A stretch of 64,000 nucleotides of DNA from Octopus sinensis (taxonomy: Eukaryota): NCBI RefSeq assembly GCF_006345805.1, contig NC_043005.1:84072001-84136000 (forward strand). Direction: 5' to 3'. Of this stretch, positions 1-10,914 are shown piece after piece; positions within the stretch are counted from its first letter, which is position 1; each line of letters begins with the position of its first letter. The position numbers and the translations under genes are program-made. Below the pieces are notes generated by a model. The model was not told where the DNA came from. It saw only the letters and a program-made list of their open reading frames with translations, and ran no database searches.

Positions 1-10
1 GTGTTATATA

Positions 11-198
11 GTCTGTCACTATGTTCTGAGTTCAAATTCCTCTTAAGTTGACGTTGCCTTTCATCCTTTCGGGGGTTGATAAATTAAGTACCAGTGGAGT
101 ACTGGGAGTTGATGTAATCAACTAGTCCCCTCCCCCCAAATTTGAGGCCTTGTGCCTTCAGTAGAAAGGATTATTATTATTATTATTATTATTATTAT
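11..198 (+). mobile_element. tRNA-derived SINE, family A (5'-truncated by window edge), (TTA)n tail
   Basis: B-box-like gagttcaaattcc, central gcctttcatcctttcggggtcgataaattaagtaccag domain, 3' ccttgtgcc..gtagaaaggattatta. Confidence 0.85.
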
Positions 199-667
199 TT
201 AGCTAAAAATATATGTAATTTCTACCAAATGTATTCAATGCCTCTTGTGTTTTTTTTTACTCACTCAGTCAATGACAGGAATATCATAAAAAGGGACTTG
301 TCTCTCATGTCAGTTCATAACGTCTGCCTTTCTGGTCTCTGCTACTGAAGAGGAGATAATCACTTCAAAATGCATGCATCCCATAGTCTGGTTAGATGCT
401 GACTTGGGCAGACTTGGCATATTTACACCTATCTATGGTTTGTAGGGATGCAGTATTTCATTATGCAACCATAATATACTATAAGTACATTTATAATTCA
501 ATACTGTGTTCTACTGTGTTAGCAGTGCTATTACATCATTTGTTAAGGATAGGATGAAAAAAGCTATGGCATATACACCCATTACCCATTTTTTCATCCT
601 TGATCTCATTGTTTGTTTACATCTGATGTCTTGGATATAAAACATAGCAAAAATCAGTACTTTTACT

Positions 668-1050
668 ATTTTACTTGTTTGAGTCATTTGACTGTGGCTA
701 TGCTGGAGCACTGCCTTTTGTCGAGCAAATCGACCCCAGAGTTTATTCTTTGTAAGCCTAGTACTTATTCTATTGGTCTCTTATGCTGAATCACTAAGTT
801 ACGGAGATGTAAACACACCAGCATCAGTTGTCATGCGATGTTGGGGGGACAAACACAAATATATACACACATATACATACATATACACGAAGGGATTCTT
901 CCAGTTTCCATCTCCCAAACCACTCACAAGCCTTTGGTCGGCCCAAGGCTATAGTAGAAGACACTTGCCCAACGTGCCATGCAGTGGGACTGAACCTGGA
1001 ACCATGTGGTTGGTAAGCAAGCTACTTATCACACAGCCACTCCTGTGCCC
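668..1050 (-). mobile_element. tRNA-derived SINE, family B (internal CA/TA microsatellite)
   Basis: Matches the many copies with head ggctgtgtggtaag..ggttcagtcccactg and tail gctccagcatggccacagtcaaatgactgaaacaagtaaaa. Confidence 0.85.
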
Positions 1051-1606
1051 TATAATTTCTAAAGAAAATCTGTAGAAATGACCTCAACAAGTTACACCTA
1101 TTTGTTAATTGTGAGAAATTTTTTCTCCATAACAAAACCAGGTGAGTGACTTCCTTATGGGTTCGAATATGCTTCAGACATGTTTGAACTGGTAACAAAT
1201 TTATATTGATACACATCACTGCTCAGCACTATCCATCCATCCATCAATCAATCAATTAATCAATCGATCAATCTATCATAGCTGCATCCTCATTACACGA
1301 GAAAAGCCATTGCCAAGAAGTCTTACTGAAATCATTATTGTTGTCATGTGATGCCCTTATATGACTTTTAAGCCTGGCCAGACTTTTACACATTTTATTA
1401 GATACTGGACAACTGTGCTGGCTGGCAGGAGAAACAGGTGCTACCATATGCACTCTCTTAATATGGCTTTTCAGAGAGGGTGTTGCTGTTTGTGTGTGGT
1501 TTGTGGGAGGAGGTGTTTGAGTCGTGCAGGCCTGGTGAGCCATCAAAAATCTCACAGGGATCGACTCATGATGAACAGTGATGCAGCTATTAAAATTCAC
1601 AACAGA

Positions 1607-1955
1607 ACATACATACATACACACATACATGCACACGCATGCGAGCATGTGCACACACACGCACACATACACACACATATACATGCATATGCACACACAC
1701 ATGCACATGCAGACACACGTGCATGCACACACACGCATACGCATGCATGCATACACATGTATGCATACACATACACACATACACGTGCATACACACACAC
1801 ATGCATGCACACACACATGCATGCATACACACATACACACGCACGCACACACATGTATACACACATGTATACACCCAAACATATCCATACACACACATGC
1901 ATACACACACATGCGAACACACACACATGCATATACACACATACATTCATGTGTA
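1607..1955. repeat. Compound (CA)/(CATA)/(CATG) microsatellite
   Basis: Direct inspection. It accounts for the H/T and C/V-rich spurious ORFs. Confidence 0.95.
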
Positions 1956-1984
1956 TGGGGTTGACATATATTTTTTTATTCTTT

Positions 1985-2272
1985 CCTTTAGTTTAGTCAT
2001 TTGACTGTGGCCATGCTGGATCACTGCATTTAGTTAAACAAATCAACCCCAGAACTTATTCTTTGTAAGCCTAGTACTTATTTTATCAGTCTCGTTTGCT
2101 GAACCGTTAAGTTATAGGGACGTAAACACACCAACGTCAGTTGTCAAGCGAGCGATGGTGGAGGAACTAACACAGATACACAAACATGTACGTATATATA
2201 CATATATATATATGTCGAAAGTAAAAGAATTTGAATAGTATCTGCGTTCAACTCCATTTATTTACTTATATA

Positions 2273-2310
<38 letters not shown>

Positions 2311-2470
2311 GGACTTCTTTCAGTTTCCATCTACCAAGTCCACTCACAAGGCTTTGGTCGGCCCGAGGCTAGAGTAGAAGACACCTGCCCAAGGTGCCAC
2401 ATGGTGGGACTGAACCCGGAACTATGTGGTAGGTAAACAAACTATTTACCACACAGCTGCTCTTGCACAT
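1985..2470 (-). mobile_element. SINE family B
   Basis: Both halves present around an expanded (TA)n. Confidence 0.85.
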
Positions 2471-3470
2471 GCATGCATACATATATACAAACAAATAAGG
2501 CAGACTTCTTTCAGTTTTCACCGACCGAATCTATTCACAAGGCTTTAGCTATTAACTAGGATGTCTTGGGTTCAAATTTTGCAAGAGACACGACATTGTG
2601 TTTGTGGATGAAATGAAAAGAAAATAATTTACTTTAACATGTACCACTTACCTTAGCCATAAATAGAGAGTACCGTGTAGGAACAAAACACATCTGTAAA
2701 CACAGACATCTAAATATAATTGATAAATATTTCATTGTTGTGTAGATCAAGCAGATCTATGATCAAAGGTATTCCATCCACGACCATCCATCCTACAGTT
2801 TTGTTTCAGCTATTGTGTATATGCTCCGAGGCTTTGTAGCCAACATTAAACTTCTCTACTCCATGATGTAAAATGTAATCTTCTGTCTGAATTCATTTAG
2901 ATAATGAGTATGTCCCTTACTGTTTTTTGGATGGTAGGGAACCAGGGCTTGATTTGAGGGAGATCTGATTATCATTTGTAGGAGACAAAGTAGGAATATA
3001 GAGGCTCTCTTGAATGATATCCCATTAGTTTGTAGTACTGAGCTTAAATTCTTTTACCAACTTGTAAGTTTAAGAGGGAGAAGAAAGTTTCGCCAGCTGA
3101 CTTAATAGAAAGCAAAAGAAAAAAATAAAACCAGCCAAAAAGAGACCACAAGCTCATGTTACTTACCTCGTGTAAACAAACACATTCCCTCGATATAACT
3201 GAGAACTTGATAAACAGCATATTTTCTCATGTTATACACCACCCTTAAATATCTCATTTCTGGTGTCATTAACTACTGCTAAATAACATATTTTCCGATT
3301 AGAGACTGCTGAATCATAACATTTATGATACTAACCAACACTTAACATATTTATGGTGTCATTAACGACTGCAGAATAGTAACATTTATGATGTTACTAA
3401 GGACTGCTGCCTATCATATTTATAATGTTATTGACCGTCATTATCATTGTTATTTTAATGTCCATTCCAT

Positions 3471-3687
3471 TAAAGGCGGCGAACTGGCAGAGACGTTAGC
3501 ATGCTGGGTGAAATGCTTAGCAGTATTTCGTCTGTCATTATGTACAGAGTTCAAATTCCACCGAGATTGACTTTGCCTTTCATCCTTTTGGGGTCGACGA
3601 ATTAAGTACCAGTTGCATACTGGGGTCGATCTAATCGACTGGCCCCACTCCCCAGAAATTTCGGCCCTTGTGCCTAGAGTAGAAAAG
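3471..3687 (+). mobile_element. SINE family A, full length, 14-bp TSD
   Basis: Flanked by aatgtccattccat at 3457-3470 and 3688-3701. Confidence 0.9.
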
Positions 3688-3761
3688 AATGTCCATTCCA
3701 TGCTTGCATGGGTTAGATGGAATTTGTTGAGGTAGATTATGGAATAGATGGAATTCATTGT

Positions 3762-3993
3762 AGGGCAGCGAGCTGGCAGAAGCGTTAGCACACCGGGCGA
3801 AATGCTTAGTGGTATTTCATCTGCTGCTATGTTCTGAGTTCAAATTCTGCCGAGGTCGACTTTGCCTTTCATCCTTTCGGGGTCGATTAAATAAGTACCA
3901 GTTACACACTGGGGTCAATATAATTGACTTAATCTGTTTGTCTGTCCTTGTTTGTCCCTTTTGTGTGTAGCTCCTTGTGGGCAGTAAAGAAAT
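3762..3993 (+). mobile_element. SINE family A, alternative 3' tail subfamily (ccccttgtgggcagtaaagaaat)
   Basis: Same head and core as other A copies. The flanking agatggaatttgttgaggtaga is duplicated. Confidence 0.85.
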
Positions 3994-4789
3994 GAGATGG
4001 AATTTGTTGAGGTAGAAGGGTTTGCATGCCTTTCTTGTCACCAACCCTCACTTATTTTCAAGCAAGGTAGTATTTCTCCATGGCTAGACTCGTTTTTCTG
4101 TACGGAAGACAGGAAATGAACAGCACCACTTGTATGTTGGTGATGCTCATTTACAACCATCTGTATGTGTCTTTGGCGCTATGTCCTGTCCCCCAAATGC
4201 TTGACAACCAGTGTTGGTTTGTTTATGTCTCCATAACATTGGCCGTTTAGCAAAAGAAGCTGATAGCATGAGTACCAGACTTTGAAACAAGCACCGGTGT
4301 TAATTTGTTCAGCTAAATCCTTCAAGGTGGTGCTCCAGCATGGGACACCACCATGAAATAAATGAAAGGTTAAAGAGTAAAGAAATGAAAGGTTAATAAA
4401 TGAAATAAAGAAATGAAAGGTTTAAGATAAAAGACTGGAAACCATAATGATGGAATTGTCATAGATGTGTTCAAGTAAGGGTGACCTAAAGCTCAGGATC
4501 AACAACACCACCATTAATTTTACTAAACACTGGTCAAAACCCTATTTTTCATATTGTTTAGATTCCTGTCAATCTTGATTGAGCAGATTTATGATTGAAA
4601 GTACTCCAGCTGTGACCATTCCATCTATTTGTATGTCAAATACATTATGCAATGTCCCTGCTCTATTGAAGATGGCTGGGTATGATTTGGGGCACATTTA
4701 GCTGCTATTTCTTACATATTCATCCACCCTGTAGTGGCCTCCATATAGGTTTGCTTGCCTTTTATTCACCACATTTCTGATGTCATTAA

Positions 4790-5514
4790 CTTAGATTGGT
4801 TCTGTGTTTCTCTGGGATTGGTAAAATTGATATAGACGCCTCTGATGAGATTCCAATAAGATTCAAAAGGTTGTTCATCATTTTTCCAATCTATGAAGAA
4901 ATAACTAAATTAGCCCTGAAATTGTGCCGCCTGACTGGTACCCATGTGGCCTGACTAGCACCTGTGCCAGTGACATGTAAAAAGCACCATTTGAGTGTGG
5001 TCAATGCCAGTGTGGCCTGACTGGGTCCCTTGTGGCCTGACTAGCACCTGTGCTGGTGATATGTAAAAAGCACCATTCAAGCGTGGTCGATGCCAGTGCT
5101 GCCTGACTGGCTCCCATGCTGGTGACATGTAAAAAGCACCCACTACACTCTTGGAGTGGTTGGCATTAGGAAAGGCATCCAGCTGTAGAAACCTTGCCAG
5201 ATCAAATTGGAGCCTGGTGCAGCCTCCTGGCTTGCCAGTCCTCAGACAAACCGTCCAACCCATGCCAGCATGAAAAGCAGACGTTAAACAATGATAATGA
5301 TACAGTGTGGACTGAGATCCCTGTATGCAAATTAGGAGCTCCAGTTTTCTGTAGCTATTGTGATTTTTTAGTATATAAACAGAGTGACTGCCTGTTTCTC
5401 TGGAATTGATGAAATTGATGTAGACACCTTTGAAGAGATTGTGTAAGATTCAAAAATTGATTAAGGTTGTCCATCATTTTCTTCAGTCTATGGAGTAATA
5501 GCTAAATTAGCCCT
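4790..5514 (+). repeat. Diverged ~130-bp direct repeat pair (about 4790-4917 and 5385-5514), each with a decayed hammerhead-like core
   Basis: Shared gtttctctgg..aaattgat.tagac.cct.tga.gagatt...aagattcaaaa..ggttgt.catcatttt...taaattagccct. Confidence 0.7.
4925..5300 (+). mobile_element. RTE LINE 3'UTR fragment (family C) with internal gcacgtaaaaagcacc subrepeats
   Basis: Ends in aacccatgccagcatgaaaagcagacgttaaacaatgat, the same tail as the RTE copy at 50832-51466. Confidence 0.85.
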
Positions 5515-6467
5515 ATTTATATAGATACTATACAGGTTACATATATTGTATTATACATTTATACTGTGTGGATAGAGGTCTTTACTGACGGGTGTCTGAT
5601 TGCAAGAAGGTTACAGTTAACCTAATAGCTTCTCCAATACTTCTCTGATAATGGATTTCATTGATTGATAGACAGACACACAGAAACCAACTTTGGTTGG
5701 ATTACAGTTCTGTGTAACTTCTTTGTAGTAAGTCATTAATCACAAAAATTGTAATTTTTCTTTCTTACCATTTTCTTTCAATTATTTACAAAATTTATGG
5801 AGAGTAGAAAATATTTTTCACAAGGACAAGGAACAAATATTTAAAAAAATGGAAACATCAATTAGCAGAGTTGGCACTCTTTAAACGATTGTAAAATTTC
5901 ATTTTATTTTATTTTATTCTGTATGGAAGGGTTGGATCTGAGGGTAGAGTAGGGAATAGTGGAGGGGGGTACATTGTATCTGGAGAAAAAAATATGAGAC
6001 TTTTGTCATAAATTTTGGCTACAGAAAATCTGTATATATACATATATGTTTGTATTTATATATATGTAGGTATATACATGTGTTTATATGTAGGTATATA
6101 TACATATATGTATTTATACATGTATAAGTGTATATATGTGAATATATATACATACACACACACGCACATACAAACATATGTGTTTTTTTTTAACAAAGAC
6201 CATTCATAACATAATATCTGATATATTTCATAGAAATAAATCTTGATAACATTTGACCTTCAGAAAATATTTGAATAATCTATGCAAGATGATAGATTTT
6301 TTTATTATTTTATATAAACCTTTCAACATGAAATCCCATTGTTTTTTTTTTATGGTTTTGATTTTAGTGTAATATATATTTATATATATATGTGTATATA
6401 TATATATATTTTATATGTATCTTGTCTTGGGGGTGGGTATATTTATAATATTCTTCAACCATTCTTT

Positions 6468-7511
6468 CTAATCATCACTTTTGTAGGTGTTTGTTACGTC
6501 AGTTTTATTAAGACAACATGGCCATGCAAACTTACGATTAATCATTTTGAACAAACGTTTGTTATACGGTTGAAAGAATGTTCGAAGATTATCTAAAATA
6601 TGTGGGTCTACTTTGGCATGCCTGCGTCCTTTACCGCTAGACAAACACCTCTCAGTTGTTGTATTCCTCATACAATAGAAGCCACGTGTTGAATTAAAAT
6701 AGAAATTATCTGCAGTGAATTTGTGTTCTAAATTCAAGAATGTTTCAACTTTACGAAGTTCGTGAAGTGGATTGTGCAGAAGAATGTCCCCATCAACAAA
6801 ATGCATCTGTTCTATCGGGAATAATCGCAGCCATCTCAATAGATGTTTGCAATATATACTCGTGTCCACTGCTCGGTAGTCCGTGTCAACTTTACTAATC
6901 ATAGGGTTCATTACAAGGTCTTTAAACTGGAAGCAAGTCTTATTCTCTGCCATTCGATTGTGGCACACCTGCGTATAATCCGATACGACACGGATCGTCG
7001 GGTCACGGAAGATAATCAAAAGTTTAATGGTTTGGTTCATTTTATAGATTCTTTCTGGAACCTTTTTAGTTATAAAATAAGCAGGTGTTTTTTCTATTGT
7101 GATTTCATCTTCGTAAGTGTATGGCATTTCTTTTCGATACCATTCTAAACCTTTTTTGTAATTGTGTTCTTTGTTGAAAAAGTGCATTTCGGACTTTGAG
7201 ATTTGTATATTTGGATGGATTGACAGGAATTCCAGCAAAGCACGAGTACCACATTTCCTAACACCAATTATTATACAGTTTGGGTTTCTTTGAAGTAAGT
7301 TACCAGAATGATTTTTTCTTTCGGACTGTTCTTGAAGTAACCTGCGATATATACTCTGTGGGAAGCTGTGTCCAAGAGGATTGGTTCGTGTTGGAAGAAT
7401 ATTCATTATTCCTCTTTGATTGAAGATTAAAGACATGAAGAAATACTGGATGGCCAGAATGAACAGGCACACCCAATATCGTAAGTTCCTTGGCGGTGCC
7501 ATCTTAAACAT
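6468..7511 (-). CDS. HS3ST1: Heparan sulfate glucosamine 3-O-sulfotransferase (HS3ST1/HS3ST5-like), 347 aa, single coding exon
   Basis: The ORF has an N-terminal hydrophobic anchor (YWVCLFILAIQYFFMSLIF), the 5'-PSB loop IIIGVRKCGTRALLEFL, catalytic Glu in EMHFF, EKTPAYF, 3'-PB RDPTIRVVSDY, and the C-terminal GFYC...CL..GKGR..H motif. All are hallmarks of HS3ST enzymes. Assignment to paralog 1 versus 5 is uncertain. Confidence 0.96.
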   Translation of the reverse strand: MFKMAPPRNLRYWVCLFILAIQYFFMSLIFNQRGIMNILPTRTNPLGHSFPQSIYRRLLQEQSERKNHSGNLLQRNPNCIIIGVRKCGTRALLEFLSIHPNIQISKSEMHFFNKEHNYKKGLEWYRKEMPYTYEDEITIEKTPAYFITKKVPERIYKMNQTIKLLIIFRDPTIRVVSDYTQVCHNRMAENKTCFQFKDLVMNPMISKVDTDYRAVDTSIYCKHLLRWLRLFPIEQMHFVDGDILLHNPLHELRKVETFLNLEHKFTADNFYFNSTRGFYCMRNTTTERCLSSGKGRRHAKVDPHILDNLRTFFQPYNKRLFKMINRKFAWPCCLNKTDVTNTYKSDD

Positions 7512-7625
7512 AAATCAGTCAGTAGATTCTTCATATAAAACAATGGTAAAATCCGAAATTGTTAATCTTGGTTTTTTTTCTCCGGATCTGAAAAATAAAG
7601 AGAAAAGAATAAATCTAATGAAAAT
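7512..7625 (-). promoter_or_regulatory. 5'UTR part of the coding exon (7512-7587) and 3' splice acceptor (AG at 7589-7588) with polypyrimidine tract
   Basis: The minus strand reads ...atttattcttttctctttatttttcag|atccggag, 76 nt upstream of the ATG. Confidence 0.8.
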
Positions 7626-7841
7626 ATCAAAGAAGTAAGACAAAGAAAGAGGATTAAAAATTTAAAATGTCCAATTTGATATGAAATGTAAATGTTCCTG
7701 GCAGTTAATAGTTTACTGTGCTCAGGGCTGCTGCAAGTTTTCAGAGAATCATAAAAGATGGGGTAGAAAGCATCAATTAATTGCTAGTAGGGACACCATA
7801 TTTTGTTTTGCAATCATAAATTACGACCAAATATATTATTT

Positions 7842-7928
7842 AGTTCTATATTTCAAAAATGAGGAATTATGTACATTATTTACATTTGACAGATATTTGT
7901 CCTCATCTTGTTTGTTGTTAACACTACG
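7842..7928 (-). mobile_element. Inverted copy of the 3' tail of the adjacent hammerhead SINE
   Basis: The reverse complement matches 8109-8168 and continues into the tail extension seen at about 9420-9470. Confidence 0.85.
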
Positions 7929-8170
7929 GGCATATGGCGTTGTGGTTAAGAGTGCAGGGTATTAACCCCAAGATTCTGAGTTCGATTCCAAGCAGTGACC
8001 TGAATAATAATGATAATAATAATATCGAAAAATACCTTAGGAATGAGAACACAGGTTCGAAATTTCCCCAAGACACCTGATGAAGGCTGTTGGGTATATC
8101 GGCCGAAACGTAGTGTTAACAACAAACAAGATGAGGACAAATATCCATCAAATGTAAATAATGTAAATAA
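7928..8170 (+). mobile_element. tRNA-headed SINE with PLE-like, hammerhead-containing tail
   Basis: A-box tggcgttgtgg (7935-7945), B-box gagttcgattc (7978-7988), (TAA)n linker, then the tail. A second full copy lies at 43606-43843. Confidence 0.85.
8072..8117 (+). ncRNA. Putative minimal type I hammerhead ribozyme
   Basis: Stem I gacac/gtgtt; core CTGATGA 8077-8083; one extra A; stem II ggctg/cggcc; GAAA 8105-8108; palindromic ACGT stem III; NUH triplet GTA with predicted cut between 8112 and 8113. Confidence 0.7.
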
Positions 8171-8519
8171 AGTATATTATTGTTGTAAAACAAAATATGG
8201 CGTTCCTACCAGCAATTGATATGTTCATAGAGGTTGCCAGAAATGTGTTTAATATGTAAAATTGGTCTCTCCAATAATGCTACTCTGCTAAACCTAGTGA
8301 GCATTTAAGCAATGTATTCATGGATGATTAATGAGTTGGCTCTGGTGCAGAAGAAGAAGAAATAACAACTGAAATATCCATATATACCCATCATCTACTT
8401 TTTCTGTCTTCGATTGCATTGTTTACATTGGCACATTCGAATACGAAATGGTGCAACTTTCAGTGCTGGCTCTAAATTCTATAGAAAATCTCTAGAGATA
8501 CACTTCAAAAACAAAATGG

Positions 8520-8790
8520 AAGCAATAAGTCTTGAACAGTAAAAGAGTCAGAAAGAGGAAAGGAGGCATAGGGAGGTCAGGAATAGTGTTGGGGAATTTC
8601 GAGAAGCCTAGAATTTGAAGGGTGCCATGTCCTGACAGCTAGCAATTGATGTGGGTAGTTCATTCCATACTTTGATTATTTTGAATGTCGATATAGGAGT
8701 AAAGCAGCAGTAGAATGCCCTAAGAAAATTAGTTTTAAAAATAATAAGGACTTATCGTATAGAGTAGCCAGGTGTATTACTGCTGACTGA
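8520..8790 (-). mobile_element. Degenerate CR1/L2-clade LINE 3' end
   Basis: The minus strand gives remnants resembling the ...WN.LP...FK C-terminal motif (gtatggaatgaactaccc...ttcaaa). Heavily decayed. Confidence 0.5.
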
Positions 8791-8844
8791 AAGACTGACA
8801 AAAGAGGAGGACAAAAAGACAGCAATGATAGTCAAAGGAACATA

Positions 8845-9360
8845 CGATGGTGAGTCAAAAAGTAATGCTATTTTGTTTAGGACAGGTATAATTACCAACA
8901 CAGGTACATGTACCAAACATCAAAATGAAGCTGGTCCTCTCTGTGGATCACATTCCTACTTCTCAACATAGTCACCGTTTCTTTCAATAGCAATGTTCTA
9001 CTTTCGAATGAGAGCATGTATCCCTACCCCATAAAATTCTGTTGACTGTTCTTTGAGCCACTTCTTCACTACAGTTTTCACTTCCTGGAATAATGTTTGC
9101 CTCTCAAACCCTCGTTCATGGGGCCAAAGAGATGATAGTGTGATGAGGAAGTGAAAACTATAGCAAAGAAGTGGCTCAAAGAACAATCAACAGAATTTTA
9201 TGGGGCAAGGACACATGTTCTTATTCGAAGGTGGAACATTGCTATTGAGAGAAACAGCGACTATGTTGAGAAGTAGGGATGTGATCCACAGAGGGCCAGC
9301 TTCATTTTGATGTATGATGCATTTTCCTGTGTTAGTAATTATACCTGTCCTAAACAAAAT
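8845..9360. mobile_element. Mariner-derived fold-back element made of two inverted transposase 3' ends
   Basis: Starts ta|cgatggtgagtcaaaaag. Arms about 8870-9086 and 9146-9360 are reverse complements. Translation EVKTVVKKWLKEQSTEFYGVGIHALIR is a mariner C-terminus. Confidence 0.85.
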
Positions 9361-9470
9361 GAAGCCTGGAGGGTATATCAACCAAAATGTTGTTAACAAA
9401 CAAGATGAGGACAATTATCCGTCAAATGTAAATAATGCACATAATTCCTCATCTCTTAAATATAAAATTG
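9358..9470 (+). mobile_element. Decayed tail fragment of the hammerhead SINE family
   Basis: atgaagcctggagggtatatcaaccaaaatg..aacaaacaagatgaggacaattatccgtcaaatgtaaataatg. Confidence 0.8.
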
Positions 9471-10580
9471 AAATTAATTTATATCTTCTACTAGTTTTTC
9501 TCAGACTGTGGCCATGCTGGGGTGCCAACTTGAAGAGTTTCATTGAACAAACTGGCCCCAGTTCTTATTTTTGAAGTCTCGTATTTATTCTATCAGTTTC
9601 TTGCGGCACTGCTAAGTCACAGGGAGGAAAAAATTAAATTGCAGATTCTGAGTCTCAGGAGCAGAAAAAAATCTGAAGTCATGGGAGGATGTGGGTTTGG
9701 GAGTGGGTCAGGAGTTAAAACAAATGCATGTGGAAAGAAATAAATTGGTGGGAATGGTTTGTCAAACCCCCTACACATAAGCGCCAAAACATTCTTAATT
9801 GAGACTTCCCCCCACTAATTACAGAAAGAAAAAATCAAATAATAATTATTAGCAGCTCTCTCTCTCTTCAAAAGTGTGTGTATATATATATGTATGTGCA
9901 TATGGGTATATATATATGTGTATGTATGTATGGGTATATATATATGTGTATGTATGTATGAGTGTATATATGAATGTATGTATGTGTATCTGTGTGTATG
10001 CACATTTGTATGTGTGCATGTCAAATATGTGTGTGTATATATATTTATATTTGTGTGTGTAAATCTAATATAATAAATGAGAAAACTAATATCTGTGTGT
10101 CAGTGTGTCACACTTAGACCCTCCATCTCTCACTATTCAATGACACTTCTACCATTCCTCATGATAGGGTGAGGGTAATAGTAGGCATAGAGACGGTGAG
10201 GGCAGTTGCAAAGACAGAGAGAGAGAGAGAGAGAGAGAAAAAGAAAAAGAGACAAAGAAATTTAAGGGAGAATTGATGTTGTTTTATTAAAAGTAGTAGT
10301 GTTGATGGTGGCAGTGAGAGTAATAATAAAAGAGAGAGAAAGAGTAAGTATGTGAGAGAAAGGAGATGTACAACTTTGATTAACTTTGACAGAAATTCCT
10401 GTGGCCAACTTACTGAACCTGAACCAACATACTGAACATTATCATTTTTGTTTTATTTTGCTTTCTTTAACACACACACACAAAATACACTTTAATTGAA
10501 ATAACATTTCCCCCAAATTAAACATATCTAATACAATAAATGTGTATGTTATTGTGTCACACTTTTACAACTTTAATAAA

Positions 10581-10798
10581 TCCTTTCTACTGGAAGCATA
10601 AGGCCTCAAATTTTGGGGGAAGGGAGTAAGTTGATTACATCGATCCCCAGTATGTAACTGGTACTAATATTATCGACCCCAAAAGGATGAAAGCCAAAAT
10701 CGACCTTGGCGGAATTCAAACTCAAAACCTAATGGCAGACAAAATACCGCTAAACATTTTGCCCAGTGTTCTAATGATTCTGCCACCTCACCACCTTA
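10581..10798 (-). mobile_element. SINE family A
   Basis: Full-length reverse copy ending in ccaccttaataata. Confidence 0.85.
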
Positions 10799-10914
10799 AT
10801 ATAATATAATAATAAAATATGATATATGTAAATGTCAATGTGTCGCACTTTTTCAACTTTACGCCTAGAGGCTATATCCCAAGATATCATGCCATTTTGG
10901 GATCAGGCGGACTC

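Noticed and set aside
340-390. CTGAAGA-ggag-ataatca-cttc-aaaa-tgcatgcatc as a decayed hammerhead
   Set aside because: Stem II is plausible, but no stem I pairing fits a valid NUH site and there is only a single copy.
1268-2004. Long overlapping ORFs (up to 224 aa) rich in H/T or C/V/Y, and similar ones at 11.3-12.0, 18.4-19.1, 33.5-34.1 and 42.8-43.1 kb
   Set aside because: They are translations of dinucleotide microsatellites that lack stop codons. No domain content.
6843-7148. 101-aa plus-strand ORF
   Set aside because: Antisense shadow of the HS3ST CDS.
7928-8000. tRNA genes at SINE heads (here and in families A, B, D)
   Set aside because: They retain A/B boxes but lack a complete acceptor stem and cloverleaf, and are followed by SINE bodies.
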